A DNA stretch of 64,000 nt, taken from Schizochytrium sp. TIO01 (lineage: Eukaryota; Protista; Bigyra: Labyrinthulomycetes). The notes below the pieces were generated by a model. The model saw nothing but the letters and a program-made list of their open reading frames with translations, did not search any database and had not been told where the DNA came from. Numbering within the stretch: position 1 is the first letter of the stretch; the number at the start of each line of letters is the position of its first letter. The DNA is taken from NCBI GenBank assembly GCA_004764695.1, contig SMSO01000031.1, positions 5,060,436 through 5,124,435 on the forward strand. The letters run 5' to 3'. A program made the translations under genes and the position numbers. Positions 38,743 through 50,662 of this stretch are shown here, one piece after another.

Positions 38743-40080
38743 AGACCAGTTTTCGTGGTGATGTTTCGAATCTTGGAAACCCCCATATTAAGCGCCTTTG
38801 TCGCCAGCAGGGTTGCCGAAAAATCTGCTTGTGTGAGTGGAACTCGGCCGTAGGACAGCCTGCAATGCAGTAAAACCTCTAGTTGCATGAAACCAGGCGT
38901 GTGTATTTCATGCGGCTTTGTTTCACTCGCTCATACCGATAAGGGTGCGCAATGAGGCGCCCGAGAAGAGTGTCTGTCGCGCACAGGAAAACTCCTGGGA
39001 CTTGGAGTTCCAGTTCTGCTGCTTATTGCTCATAGGAGGTGTTGTTAGTTAACGCTAGCAGAGTCATAACTTGGGTGTTTACTACTGATTCTATTAAGAG
39101 TAGGGCTACGAGGAGAAACGTAGAAAGGTACTAGGTCCTGGATAGGCGAAACTTAGGTCTTTCTTGTGAAATGTAACAGGTACTACGATGAGAACAATCA
39201 AACAATGTGATGTGAGGACACGAATATATCGTGAGATTAGTGCCATTGTGAACGATAGCTTACAAGAAAGCTCTTTACAGGGCGTTGTGAAGTAGATATT
39301 TTGTTAGATATTTAAAAGAATGTTAGTATTGATTTAAAAAGTAAACGTGATTGTCACTGTCAATTTCTGTTGATCTATTCCACTTGCGATTTTACCCTGC
39401 CATGCCATGCCAATGCTTATAAGAAAAATGAAAATATTCGGAGGCACCTTTACAAGTAAATCCGGTTTGATCACCATGAAGCAACTGATCAGTTTATTCT
39501 TCTCACTCGTAAGGCAACCTGAACGCCATGAACAAGGATATAAAGTATCTGGAAACAGTAGGAGAATGCCAACAATTTTCGCGTTCGCATTTCTGAAAAT
39601 CCACTAAGAATCAAAATTAAGCAAAGACTCATAGTTCGCCAGAGTTGTATAAGGTAGGGATTATCAGGGGAAAACTAGTGGATAAGTTTACGACGATTAG
39701 TTTGAGGTATATTCGGCCGAAAAGTGCGCTACAGAAAAGGATCGCTAAGCAAATGAACAAGACAATAAGAATTTGTTTTGATGTTTCTCGCTGTGCTCTG
39801 CTTCTTCTTCTTCTTCTTCTTCTTTTTCTCTTCGAGGGTGAGGAAAAGGGGTTTTTCAGATCTTGTCTGTGTATTGTAGAATCATCTTGACTTGAAAGTA
39901 ATCACCTTGGACGACTTAGAATACTAGACTATCGCCGCCACTTCGATTACCTCGGTGAGTGATGAGCGATACAAATATGTTGCAAAGTGATGAAATTTCT
40001 ACATTTTGCTGAAGAGCAGATCTGGGCAAACTACCTTGTAAACAATGGATCGACGACAAATGTCAATGGCTGAGTGCAGT

Positions 40081-41391
40081 TTACTTCTTGCGTTGGTTGC
40101 TAGAGCTTCCGGAGGAGGGTCCACGCGACGATGTGCTCATAGACACATGCGGGAGGGGAACAAGGAGGCGCCCAGAGCGCGGCTTCTCATTACGGGAGTC
40201 TGAGTTTGCTGCAAAGACTGGTTTAACGGCAAGGTTGACAACATCACTTGCCAACTCTGGCACAATGTCCTCGGGAAAGTCAATAGGAGCACAAACCTCA
40301 ACAAGCCAGGGCTTGAGGTTAGCATCGACGGCAAAATCGAAGGCGAACACCTGGAAGGAGGTAAAGTCAGCATGCTCGACATTCTCGAGCTTATCCTGTG
40401 CAGCAGCAAGGACCTGTGCAATAGTTTCGCGGGCCGGGGCAGCAAGATCTGCCTCAAAATTTGCGCCATGCTCAGATGACAACCACTTGGCAAGTTGCTC
40501 AACTGGCATATCGCTAGAATCGGATTCATTGCGGTGCTGAATGGCTGCCGTACTCAGATGCGCCATCTTATCAGCAAGGTCATCCATCGTGAAAGAGTTT
40601 TTGCAAGTCTTTACGATCACCTGAGAGCTTACATAGCTGTCGAGATCCTTGTCCACAAGTACGAAGAAACGAAGGTCAAACTTACGTTTGCCTGGGAGCA
40701 ACAAAGGCTCAGAAATGTAACGTTGTACGCACCATGGGGAGCTGGCCTTATCTTGTGACTCCAGATGGTTCATGATTTGATCATAATCATCAGAGATAAA
40801 AGTGCGCTCGCCACGGGTTGCATCTGAGGCCTTGCAAATCCAGGTGTTTCCTGCAGCAGCTGCACGCTTGCTACCACTCTCAGAAGCAATCCGGAATTGC
40901 TCGGTCTCATTGTCGTCAGCGGACGACGGGAAGAAGAGGAAGGCGTCCGGAGTTACGTGTTCAAGGTTTGCTTGACGCAAAGTTTGGATAAGCTTGACCT
41001 TTTGAGTGATCCAAACGTGGCCACGGAAATAGTTACAGTGGGGAGTGATACCATAATCCCATTTGAAGAGCTGAGCAAAGCGCTTGAAAGGAATACCAGC
41101 ACCGCGGGCGCCACCCAAGATGAAGTGGAAACGACCAGATGTGTCTTTCCTCTGTTTGTAACCCTCCTGGGTGCTAACAATATCAGCTACGCGGCGGTAC
41201 AGGTTGCCAAGCTTTGACTCAGCCACGCCATTAACGAATGTCGTGGGTCCACTTGCATCCTCTGACTCCTCGAAGCGAGAATCAGCAGCATCAGCAGTCT
41301 TGCACTCGTTTAGAAAGTCGTGAATCGTGAACTCTGAGGGATCGCACTTCTTCATCTTGCTCCTGATGCGGTGGTCGCTAGTCGATGCCAT
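40081..41391 (-). CDS. TTL: Tubulin-tyrosine ligase family protein (divergent active site)
   Basis: Motifs WICK, VQRYISEPLLLPGKRKFDLR, FQVFAFDFAVDANLKPWLVEV. Confidence 0.85.
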   Translation of the reverse strand: MASTSDHRIRSKMKKCDPSEFTIHDFLNECKTADAADSRFEESEDASGPTTFVNGVAESKLGNLYRRVADIVSTQEGYKQRKDTSGRFHFILGGARGAGIPFKRFAQLFKWDYGITPHCNYFRGHVWITQKVKLIQTLRQANLEHVTPDAFLFFPSSADDNETEQFRIASESGSKRAAAAGNTWICKASDATRGERTFISDDYDQIMNHLESQDKASSPWCVQRYISEPLLLPGKRKFDLRFFVLVDKDLDSYVSSQVIVKTCKNSFTMDDLADKMAHLSTAAIQHRNESDSSDMPVEQLAKWLSSEHGANFEADLAAPARETIAQVLAAAQDKLENVEHADFTSFQVFAFDFAVDANLKPWLVEVCAPIDFPEDIVPELASDVVNLAVKPVFAANSDSRNEKPRSGRLLVPLPHVSMSTSSRGPSSGSSSNQRKK

Positions 41392-42529
41392 GGTGCTTAG
41401 TTTTGCAATTAAACAAGAAATGTGTTGGCTACGCTATACCCAGAACCGCTTCTTCAAAAAAGAGGCTTTATATTTTATCACGATCACGCCAAAATCACCG
41501 TGCTTTGCTTCTAGCAAATACAGCCACACCAATCGCGCAGCACTCAAGTAGACTGCACAAGTGATAAATGAGCTTACGGCACGCAAGCTTATTTAAGGTT
41601 CTGCGTCTCGGAACTGAAGCATCTGATATATGTGATAAAGGGCGCTTGCAGCTTTTCCTCTCTCCCTTTCCTCCTTTCATTTTATTGTTACACTTCTAGT
41701 TGATAAGTAATGCTTATGAAGCTTGCAAACGTTTCTTTCTTTATTTCTACTATGCTTATCTATTTATCAAGTAAGAAACATTATGGACCACTGCGACTAG
41801 ACTAGCTGGCTACTTAGGCGAAACAAGGGACCAGAATTGGCGACGAAACGATCATTATCAAAGCTACTACTGCTTTGTAACTCAAACACCAGGATGGCCG
41901 ACGGTTTCGTAGCTGGCCTCCGACAAAGTGTCCCCTCTTTTTGAAACGGGGGCTTTCTGGGCCACCGTCGAGGATATCCTGGATTCTAGTAGCGAGCTAC
42001 TCTAGCACCTCTACTCCAGCTGCCCTCTCTTCAAACGTGCAACTTGCACACAAGCACGCGAAGTCTCAACGGCAATATCCAGAATATTCTAGGTGTTCTA
42101 TATCGTTCCTTTGGAGAGTCATTGTACATGTTGCTCCCTTCGCTGAAAAAGAACGCTTCGTTCTTTTGGAGGTTATTCTATTTGGAACACGGTAGGTAGA
42201 AGCATCAAGTATCAATCCCGAAATCTGGTTTATCATTTGAAACAATGATCCCAGTTCTTCAAGGAACACTGGGTTGACCCTGACGAGAGAGAAAACCATA
42301 CGTGCTTAGTCGCAGGCCTCGCGTTAGGTATCCTTGCACTTTGGCAAGTCTGAATGCCAGTGAGTTGGTTTGGTTGTCTAGAGTTTGCTTATCAGTCATT
42401 CTTTATAAAATGATTGAGAATTGTGCGCAACCGTTTGCAAGAGAATGAATAGCACAACAGCGACTTGAAGAAAGAGAAACCATTCTGGAGACTTTTGGAG
42501 TGTACATCAATTTGGGTCGGGCGAGCAAA

Positions 42530-43444
42530 ATGGACCCCGCCTTCGCAGAGGCTTCCTCCCAGCTGGCACAGACGTGTGCCAAGCTTAAAGCTATTGTCGC
42601 CGCGCAGAGCGGACGACTTCCACAGCTGGATGCCAGGAATGGCGGCACGATGGGCGAGATACCGACCTCTTTGACAGCCTCTTCGCAAATCTCAACAGCA
42701 TTTGTGACAGATGCATACGTGCGCAAAGCACTTTCAGCATATAGAGATGACCTATTGAGGACTCTTCGTGAACAGGTTGCAGCTCTGGACGCGGAGCTCA
42801 CGAAACTTGGAGCAGGTCTTGAAAACTCGGTCTCTGAGGCAGTACAAGAACAAAGGGAGGCGAAAAAACTCCAACAAGAGATTGCGGAAACTCAAGATAA
42901 ATTTGAGATGATTCAGTCAGCTCGCGAGACTGAGGCTGAGTTGGAACACGCTGTGCGCGAAAGTAGCGCGGAGCTACAGCGACTAGGTCGATCTGTGCGA
43001 GAGGAACTCAGATCTTCACAGTTTGGGGTACTTAACAAAGAAAATTCAGTATCTAACCATGCTTGTGTCCGTCAGGCAGAACTTCTCAAATCACTTAGCG
43101 TTCAGGCTGTTCCAGACCATGGAAACCCGATTCAGGCAGTACAGGAGGAATTAACGGCTGCCATGGCAGAGATGGAGGAGATGTTCCGTCATCAAGAACC
43201 AGAGACGCAACGTAGAAGCCAAGAACTTCAGCTTGCAACATCGCGTCTAGATAGCTTGGTTCGCTCATGCTCTCCCTCATTTGATCGTCTCAATGACCCG
43301 GACGTTCTCGCAAATTGGAAGACTGCTTTGCACGATGCCGCAGCTGAGGCATCAACACCAGCGCAAGTAATCAAGATTGCACAAAGTCACCTTCAATTGC
43401 GTGATCTCGAGCGCCTCAAAGTACTCGTTGGAGCTGATCTGTAA
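42530..43444 (+). CDS. Coiled-coil protein of unknown function; true 5' end uncertain
   Basis: About 300 codons rich in A/E/L/Q with a heptad pattern; frame is open back to a TGA at 42446. Confidence 0.65.
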   Translation: MDPAFAEASSQLAQTCAKLKAIVAAQSGRLPQLDARNGGTMGEIPTSLTASSQISTAFVTDAYVRKALSAYRDDLLRTLREQVAALDAELTKLGAGLENSVSEAVQEQREAKKLQQEIAETQDKFEMIQSARETEAELEHAVRESSAELQRLGRSVREELRSSQFGVLNKENSVSNHACVRQAELLKSLSVQAVPDHGNPIQAVQEELTAAMAEMEEMFRHQEPETQRRSQELQLATSRLDSLVRSCSPSFDRLNDPDVLANWKTALHDAAAEASTPAQVIKIAQSHLQLRDLERLKVLVGADL

Positions 43445-43568
43445 CGTATACCTAACTATACTATCAAACTATAAAATATGCACAATCAAATTTTGTTATA
43501 TGTTGTGCCTACTATTCGCACAAGCTATTTTACAAGGAAAGACCTCTTTTCTTATCGAAGAGTGCTTG

Positions 43569-44082
43569 TTATTGCTTTACACCGTTAATACTTAAGCACA
43601 AACTGGTTTTAAACTCGTTCTCAAGTTCATCGATATTGTTGTTCTTTTTGTTGACATTAATCATACTGCGGGGCTTCCGCTTCTGCCTTGGATGTCCACT
43701 CACTATCAAAGCTTCGTTTTGTCGATGTGCAGTACTTTTTCGTTCATAGGGTTTCATCGTGCCAATCTCTTGGGCACATATGCCCCAAGGAAGAGCCTCT
43801 AGGCTTTGATCCTCCACGCGGGCGTCGTCATGAATCTGCCTTTTCATGGGTATCTTTGAGGTTAGATTCAGCGCATTTCTACAATTCTGGTTTTGATTAG
43901 ATTGTTGCCCCCTACGAGACCGTAGTGAGAGTTTTGCACTATGTTTTAGCGCGGATGATGTTGTCAAGCAATTTGCAGCGGATAGCTGCTGCAAAGAGGC
44001 TCCAGGATGAAAAGGCAATTTGCTCTGCCTATCCTGGAGTAAAACCGGGCGAAAGGTTGGCCTGAGTGATGGTTTCTGCAAG

Positions 44083-44123
<41 letters not shown>

Positions 44124-45644
44124 GAGGTTTAAAGTAGATGATATTGGCTGCCCTGTGCAATTTGTACCAGAGAGTGCTATATCTAGGCTGTCCTCCCAGG
44201 TCTGTTTAGACTCCGTATCGGCAGATGACGTTGGCGTAGTAGTATTCCTCCCCCCCGGGTTCTGAGAATCAACGAGGCCCGGGAAAAGAAATTCGTGGCA
44301 TAGTTTACACTGAGCTGATACTTGAGATGCCATTTCACTAGCACAGGGGAGGTGAACAACCTGGTGACAACATGGCAAGATTTTGAGTGGGGTAGAGGAC
44401 ACTCCTGAATCAATCATACAGCTGCAAGCTGGACAGTTGGTGTGAGGAGCGAAATTTGATTGAACAGACTTCATGTGCTTGACGAGTAAATCAGGCAAAG
44501 TTCGGGCTTGGACTTCTTTCTCACTCAAAAAGGGATCATCAAGTGCTAACAAAGTATCATAATCTTGAGCAGTGAACTCTCGTGTTTGCAACTCGACAGC
44601 CCATTGAGGCGTCTCTGAGGAGGCTTTTTGTGGCCTTGGTTCTGCAGAGCGCCACGTTTCCCCTACTGCTGATTTTACTAAAAATGGATGTCTCCGCTGG
44701 AAACACCGAATAGAGTCCTTTTCCAAGTAGCACCGACGGCACAAGTCGATTCCACGCCGACAAAAAAGACAATGAAAGCGATCTTGAACAATTGGGCTCG
44801 CCTGACATCCATGACATCGATGACCATAATGTGTTGTGCGAGGTCTAGTAGATGTTGAAACACGTCGACGGAGATCTTGTCGACGAAGCTCAGCCAGTTC
44901 TAATGCACCCCAGTGAGTGCGGCAAAGAGGACAACTTACGTCGTCCCCAATGCTTGTGCGATGGTCTGCCCACACCTTCATGCATTTCACATGAACTGAA
45001 TTTCCACAACCGAATCTGCAAAATGTTAGGCCAGAGCCATCTGGAGGCATTGCTAGTGGAAGATCCTCTTGACAAATCGGACAAACTTCGCCTTCTCCTA
45101 TGGGTTTTTGCTCCATTGGTTTTCGAGATTCTTCTGGCTCGGCAGAGTACATGAGCCCTCCTCGAGCACGAGACTCCAATCGACGTTCACCACTACGCTT
45201 TCGCAAGAAAGACTTCGCTAGTTTTGCGCCCTGACCTTGTGCTAAGGCTGTTGATAGCGTTGCACCAGCTGTTATTGATGTTGATTCAGCTGATGCACAT
45301 CGAGCACGATTCTGGCGGCAGGCAAGAACTTCATTAACCTCACGTTCGCATAGGGACAACTGCCATGCTAAAGGATTGTCACGGGGCACCCGAAGGACTT
45401 TGATCATGACATACAGCAGATGCATACACATCCGTCCTTTAAGCGGTTCTGCGCATGAGCAGGCGTTTGGGCTTCCAAGCAGAACCTTGAATTTGGTGTC
45501 TTCATTCTCCTCTTTAATTAAATATGAGGTTGGGCCACTTTGCTGTAGAACATAGAGATGGACCTCACCTTGTACAAGTTTTTCAATCTGGGCTGCTACC
45601 TCCTCATCAGGTCCTTGCGAAGCGGCGTTGTTAGATCTCCGCAT
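43569..45644 (-). CDS. ZSWIM2: SWIM-RING-ZZ-RING E3 ubiquitin ligase (MEX/ZSWIM2-like)
   Basis: SWIM CSC...CMH.LYVM.KV; RING CPICQE...C..GCGNSVH..C...CPLCR; ZZ CHGC...CLFC...C..C; a second degenerate RING; poly-Asn tract from the repeat at ~44082-44122. Confidence 0.88.
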
Positions 45645-46144
45645 GCTGTCAAGAAGTCTCCTTCAAACTCAACTCATGATGGTTTACTTTCGACCTAGCT
45701 CACTCAATCATCACTTTAAAGCCTTACAGTGCCATGCCATACTCTTTGGCCTTTTAGTATGCAGGAAAAAGTAGCCGTTCAAAGTATTTTAATCGTAATT
45801 TTATTACTTTATAGAAAATCATTTTGTCATTTGGTAAAAAATTGAGTATGAAACAAATTGCAAGAAATCTAAGCTAATAAGAGACGAATGGAATTATTTG
45901 TCGCGCACACAACACCTGTGTAGAGTAGTGAATAATTAGAGAAACACATTAAAAAGAAAAAACTTTGGGTATGCTAACAAAAAGTTTAAACTAAAAGCAA
46001 AACTCTCTTCTGCTATATTAGAAGGAAAATTTGGATGTCTAAAATATCCTTTTAATTTTAGGCAAAAAAGTTAATCAATATAAGCGTATTAAAGAATAGT
46101 AATCTACGATTCCAACGCAGATTAAACAATAAATCATGAACCTT

Positions 46145-48784
46145 TCATTGGTTTCCTTCGAGGATCGCATGCAAAAGCTTCTTCTCACGAATCATGAAAT
46201 GAATTGCACTTTGAGCGCGATCTGAAAGACCATTTTGTTGGGCATTGGAAAGCTTGTTTTCCTCTTCCTCTAAAGAAGATGGCATGGCCATCAAAGCAGC
46301 TTTGAGTTGAGATGTAATTGGTTCAAGCGCTTGTGGAGATGTGCCAAATACAGTTTTAAGAGCTGGGTTACCCTCTATGAGTGGCGCCTTTACACAAAAG
46401 GGATGCTGATTAAGTCTTATTTGATTCACATCGCCTCCATACTGAAGGTTTGCCAATGTAGTACGTTGCCGCTCATTAAGATGAAGGGTGATGCGGAAGC
46501 AGTCATGCTCATTTCCATCAAGAGAAAACCCATGATACAAGAAGTAGATATGGTTTGGCTGGCCATAGTCTTCAAAAACTTGCTCCCCAGCTTTGTAAGA
46601 ACTTGCGACGTTTGTCACAGCAGTTCCGCGGGTCACATTTGCAAAAGTCTTATGAGGGCGTGATCCTCCAGCCTTGCAATTAACCATGTCGAGCAAAGGA
46701 GCAAGATGGCGCTCATGCTGCCACCAAATGCTGCGTGAGTCTAAAAGGGAATAAACCCAAAAGTAGTTCTCTTCTGTGAATACAGAGTCTTCGAAGAAAA
46801 GCTTCAAACCTGCTTTCTCTAAAACGGCTTGAACACGCTTGAATTTCGACTTGATTTCGTCTCGAGAGCGAATTGCCTCGGCCTGGATTTGGTGACCCTG
46901 AAGATGATCCAACTCATCTTGTGTATAGTAGGTTGGTATCATGAGATCCTCCGATCTTGGGAGGAGCGATAGATAAGGCCACCACTCCGACCGCGGACCC
47001 TCAACGAAATATTCAAACAATACAAAGAGTAACAGTTCGTGAAATTCGTCAGGGCGGCCCAGATTTTCGGAAAGATGATACAAGAAGGGATAGATTTTAC
47101 TTCGCACCGCAGTATGCACATCCATCACGGCGTCTTGAGGGACTTCCAGATAAGGTGTTTCTGTTGCAATGTCCTCTGTCGCAACAGCACCAACGCGATA
47201 GTAAGGCGTGGGAACAGCCTTAATTTTAATTTGAGAAAATCCCTGCTGTTCAACCCAGTTGTTCAACCTTGAAGTCTTATCTTCGAGCGAGAGGTCTTGC
47301 TCGCGAGCAATTAAGCTTGGGTCAGGTTGTCCATAAATTTTCAGGATTTCTCCAGCTTCGTAAATATTCTTGATAAAACCTGTTGAAGGGATACTTTTTT
47401 CTACCAGATATTGGACGAGTTGGTCATACAGCCGATGTTGGCTAACGCGATATTCAGCAAAAAGAGAAGCGAGAATATCCCCTTGAGCCCTTTCCAAAGC
47501 AGTAAGGTCGTCTTCGAAGCTAGTCTTAAACTTTGCTTCCTCCACAAATCTGAGCAAAGAGCTCTCCCGCCCTTCTTTTGTTTCTAAGCAATCCCGTACC
47601 GCCGAAAAAAACTGATTCTGGCCCGATGTGGCATCGAGTTTTTTAATACATTCCTGAGCCTCCTCGTCTGTGAATTGCTCAACACGGTCCAGGTAATTAA
47701 GTTTGCTACGAGGCCATAAACGATCCACATTATTCCAGCTCAAACAAGCTTGAGCTATGCGACCGATGCGAAGTCTGCTGAGCAGCAATTCTTTGATTTC
47801 GCGACTTCTACCCTGGACTCTATCAGAGAGCTCGCCTTGAATGAGGACACAGTCGAACGGATTGTACTGCGGAATGAAACCGTGATGAGCCATATAAACT
47901 TCAGAGGGATTGTCTCCATAGTCCATAAAGAGCTGCTCGTCTGCTTGGACTACGCGGTCGGCAAATACAATAAAGGTGTCTTTAAAGATCTTGTGGTGGC
48001 GAGCGAAAAAATCACCACTACCTGATGATCTAGATCGAGGATGTGGGTGGTAATTAAACATATCCACGAATGGCACAAGATACTTTTCGTTGTTCAGGGT
48101 TTGAGTACGTGACTCCACAATAGCAGACGCCCATAGGAAAGCATCAAGGGAAAGAGACGCTGCCTGCGCTTCTGCTGGCACATCGTCGTCGTTGAGCGCA
48201 AGCTTCAAAGCTTTCGCAACTTGAACGTGTTCCGCCTCCAGAATTCTACGAAAGTTTTTCAGTTCTCCACGGTGCTGTGCACTAGGCATTTGTTCAATGA
48301 GTTCAAAAGGTGCAAGCCATCCTGTTGGAACGAATTCAGGCAGAACTCTGAGGTATGGCGCCCATGGCGAATCAAGACCTTTCGCCTTTTCTAATAGAAG
48401 ATAGCTTGCAATTAGGCTGTTTGACTTCGCTAGAAATGTACCAGCAAGGCGTGCGCCTCCTTTGCTAGATTTGCGAATAGTTTTGTAGCAAAGTATACCG
48501 GAGAGTGGCATCCTAAGAATATTTTGACCCTCCTGGATCTTCTCCATAGCGCGAACGCCTCTTCCATAACCTTCAAAACTAGCCACGCTGACGCCGTTAG
48601 CGATGCCTCCTCGATCAGTAAACCATTGCATAAACGCCTTTGAGTTGGCCTCATCAGGAGTTAAACATGTTTCTCCATCATCGGATGGATCAGAACACAC
48701 ATCAGCTTGCTCTGCAAGCGAGAACAACGCACAGACGCAAAGAACCACCAAGCCAAGTATGAGTTCCAAACGTCTGACTCCCAT
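46145..48784 (-). CDS. Tandem two-SET-domain methyltransferase (Rubisco-LSMT/SETD3-like) with signal peptide
   Basis: SET1 GRGVRA...LVPFVDMFNY...QLFMDYG...HHGF; SET2 RVGAVA...LAPLLDMVNC...QVFEDYG...YHGF; N-terminal LILGLVVLCVCALFSLA. Confidence 0.85.
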   Translation of the reverse strand: MGVRRLELILGLVVLCVCALFSLAEQADVCSDPSDDGETCLTPDEANSKAFMQWFTDRGGIANGVSVASFEGYGRGVRAMEKIQEGQNILRMPLSGILCYKTIRKSSKGGARLAGTFLAKSNSLIASYLLLEKAKGLDSPWAPYLRVLPEFVPTGWLAPFELIEQMPSAQHRGELKNFRRILEAEHVQVAKALKLALNDDDVPAEAQAASLSLDAFLWASAIVESRTQTLNNEKYLVPFVDMFNYHPHPRSRSSGSGDFFARHHKIFKDTFIVFADRVVQADEQLFMDYGDNPSEVYMAHHGFIPQYNPFDCVLIQGELSDRVQGRSREIKELLLSRLRIGRIAQACLSWNNVDRLWPRSKLNYLDRVEQFTDEEAQECIKKLDATSGQNQFFSAVRDCLETKEGRESSLLRFVEEAKFKTSFEDDLTALERAQGDILASLFAEYRVSQHRLYDQLVQYLVEKSIPSTGFIKNIYEAGEILKIYGQPDPSLIAREQDLSLEDKTSRLNNWVEQQGFSQIKIKAVPTPYYRVGAVATEDIATETPYLEVPQDAVMDVHTAVRSKIYPFLYHLSENLGRPDEFHELLLFVLFEYFVEGPRSEWWPYLSLLPRSEDLMIPTYYTQDELDHLQGHQIQAEAIRSRDEIKSKFKRVQAVLEKAGLKLFFEDSVFTEENYFWVYSLLDSRSIWWQHERHLAPLLDMVNCKAGGSRPHKTFANVTRGTAVTNVASSYKAGEQVFEDYGQPNHIYFLYHGFSLDGNEHDCFRITLHLNERQRTTLANLQYGGDVNQIRLNQHPFCVKAPLIEGNPALKTVFGTSPQALEPITSQLKAALMAMPSSLEEEENKLSNAQQNGLSDRAQSAIHFMIREKKLLHAILEGNQ

Positions 48785-49390
48785 TCTCCCTCGCTGCTTC
48801 GACTATGCTTTGATTTTCCTGTTGACAGCGCTAAGGTAAATAGAGAGAGCTTCACGATCCCGGCAATACGCCACGTACCCCTTGACGGGCCCACGATTGC
48901 CTCCTGAAGAAGAAGCACTTGTGACACGAACAAAGTTCTGATTTTGTTTGCGAGGAGCTAACTTTCGCTGTTCTTTATCTCATTTTAATGTTCATTTCTC
49001 AAACAAAAATAAATGTTATCGCTCATAAAATAATAATAACATCAATTGTGCTTTACACATAAAGAATGTCCACATGTATTTCTTCATAGCATTTCCAGCA
49101 TGGAAGGTGGCCTGAGCTTACATTCAGCAGTCGCAATACTATTAATGCGGAACTGTGCTTACCGGTTTACCGTCTTACTCATCTGTTTGAGTTGGCTGAC
49201 GCCCATTCATAGCGTCCCCCTGGAATGTTAGTTATAAAGTACTACTATTACTACTTGAACAACCCCAAATACTCTTAGAAGTGCACTAACTGGAGCTACA
49301 TCACAAATTGCAATGGCGGGCCACTGGCAAACCTGATTCTGCCACTCGAGCGACGTGTTGTGCACTAAAGCTCGAGCCCTTACAGTCAAA

Positions 49391-50662
49391 ATGAGCGATT
49401 CGCAAACATCGACGCTTGTAGAGATGAGTGTGAACCCCGCGGAGGTTGCTACTGGTGTGTCGACTGTAGCTCCATCATCTGGTGGTGCTACGAAGAGTCT
49501 CGACAAGGACACCACAGACGTGGCGAACGCGACAAACGTGGAAATGACACATCGCACTGAGAAGAGCCAATGCGCTGCGAAGAGCAAATGCTCGCAAGAG
49601 GACGGAGAAGAGCAGGTTTTCCGCAAGGTTTGGAAACAGTTTAAAAGAACTAAGCTTGAGGTCACCGCTTACGTCCAAGCTATGGACGCCGACCGCCTCG
49701 ACCCGAGCTTGGATCCTAACTCTGATGCAGGCTCACAGAGCCGTAAACGTAAGCGAGCAGAAGAAGAGGGACAGGAAGCTCAACAACAAAAAGTCGACTT
49801 GCTAGACTTTGAAAACTTGCACAATAGCCCGCAATGGTTGTTGGACCTTGTGACAGAGATCCCAATTCCTCAAGAAAGCAATCATGGTGAAGGGTCTGAA
49901 GAAAACGCCACAAAGAACAATGAGGATGCTAAAGACTTTAGAATCCGCAAAGCGTACGGAATTCAAGGCCGCCCTGGTTTCATCTTTGTACCCAACCCTT
50001 TCGTCTCAGTCGAGGCGGAGGCCAAATGGGCACACCGCCTTGCCGTCGATTACCCTTCTGCGGACTTCAGCGAGAGAAATATGACACAGCAAGGGATGCA
50101 ATCGGCTCTCGACAATAGGTTGAGATGGGCGACGCTTGGTTACCACTATGACTGGGATAACCGCAAGTATACAGAGGAGCGGAAAAGCCCGTTTCCTGAG
50201 GACCTCGCAAACTTGTCCAAGCAACTTATCAAGCCTTTTGGCATGGACCTTGTTCCGGAGACAGCTATTATTAATTATTATCGCTCAAGTACAACCATGG
50301 GTGGCCACAAGGATGATGCTGAATGGACAGATGATGCTCCTGTTGTTTCTATTTCATTTGGTAATGCTGGCGTTTACGTCCTCGGTGGCGATGACCAAAA
50401 GGATGCTGGTCCTCCTCCTCCCGTTCCCTTGATTATTCGTAACGGTGATGTTGTGATCCTCGGTGGGCCATCACGCATGAATATTCACGGTGTCCCATGT
50501 ATGCTTCGCGATACAATGCCATCACGTCTTGCGCAAACCTTACCACGCCCTGTAGCGCAGTACTTGCAGACAGGCAGAATCAATGTTAACGTGCGTCAAG
50601 TGAATCCATCAGCCAAAATCTCAGAGCTTGCTCTCGCAGCTCTACGACGGGTGGCCAAATAA
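49391..50662 (+). CDS. ALKBH1: AlkB homolog 1, 2OG-Fe(II) dioxygenase
   Basis: Motifs LRWATLGYHYDW, AIINYY..TMGGHKD, HGVP, RINVNVRQV; first ATG at 49391. Confidence 0.92.
   Translation: MSDSQTSTLVEMSVNPAEVATGVSTVAPSSGGATKSLDKDTTDVANATNVEMTHRTEKSQCAAKSKCSQEDGEEQVFRKVWKQFKRTKLEVTAYVQAMDADRLDPSLDPNSDAGSQSRKRKRAEEEGQEAQQQKVDLLDFENLHNSPQWLLDLVTEIPIPQESNHGEGSEENATKNNEDAKDFRIRKAYGIQGRPGFIFVPNPFVSVEAEAKWAHRLAVDYPSADFSERNMTQQGMQSALDNRLRWATLGYHYDWDNRKYTEERKSPFPEDLANLSKQLIKPFGMDLVPETAIINYYRSSTTMGGHKDDAEWTDDAPVVSISFGNAGVYVLGGDDQKDAGPPPPVPLIIRNGDVVILGGPSRMNIHGVPCMLRDTMPSRLAQTLPRPVAQYLQTGRINVNVRQVNPSAKISELALAALRRVAK

Noticed and set aside
38770-39060. Possible RNase MRP/P RNA on the minus strand (AAGTCCCAGG ... 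TGGGGGTTT)
   Set aside because: Lacks the GAA of CR-I and any convincing P1/P2/P3 helices; an Infernal search would be needed
42446-42448. Selenocysteine TGA
   Set aside because: Coiled-coil context, no redox motif, and no SECIS element recognised
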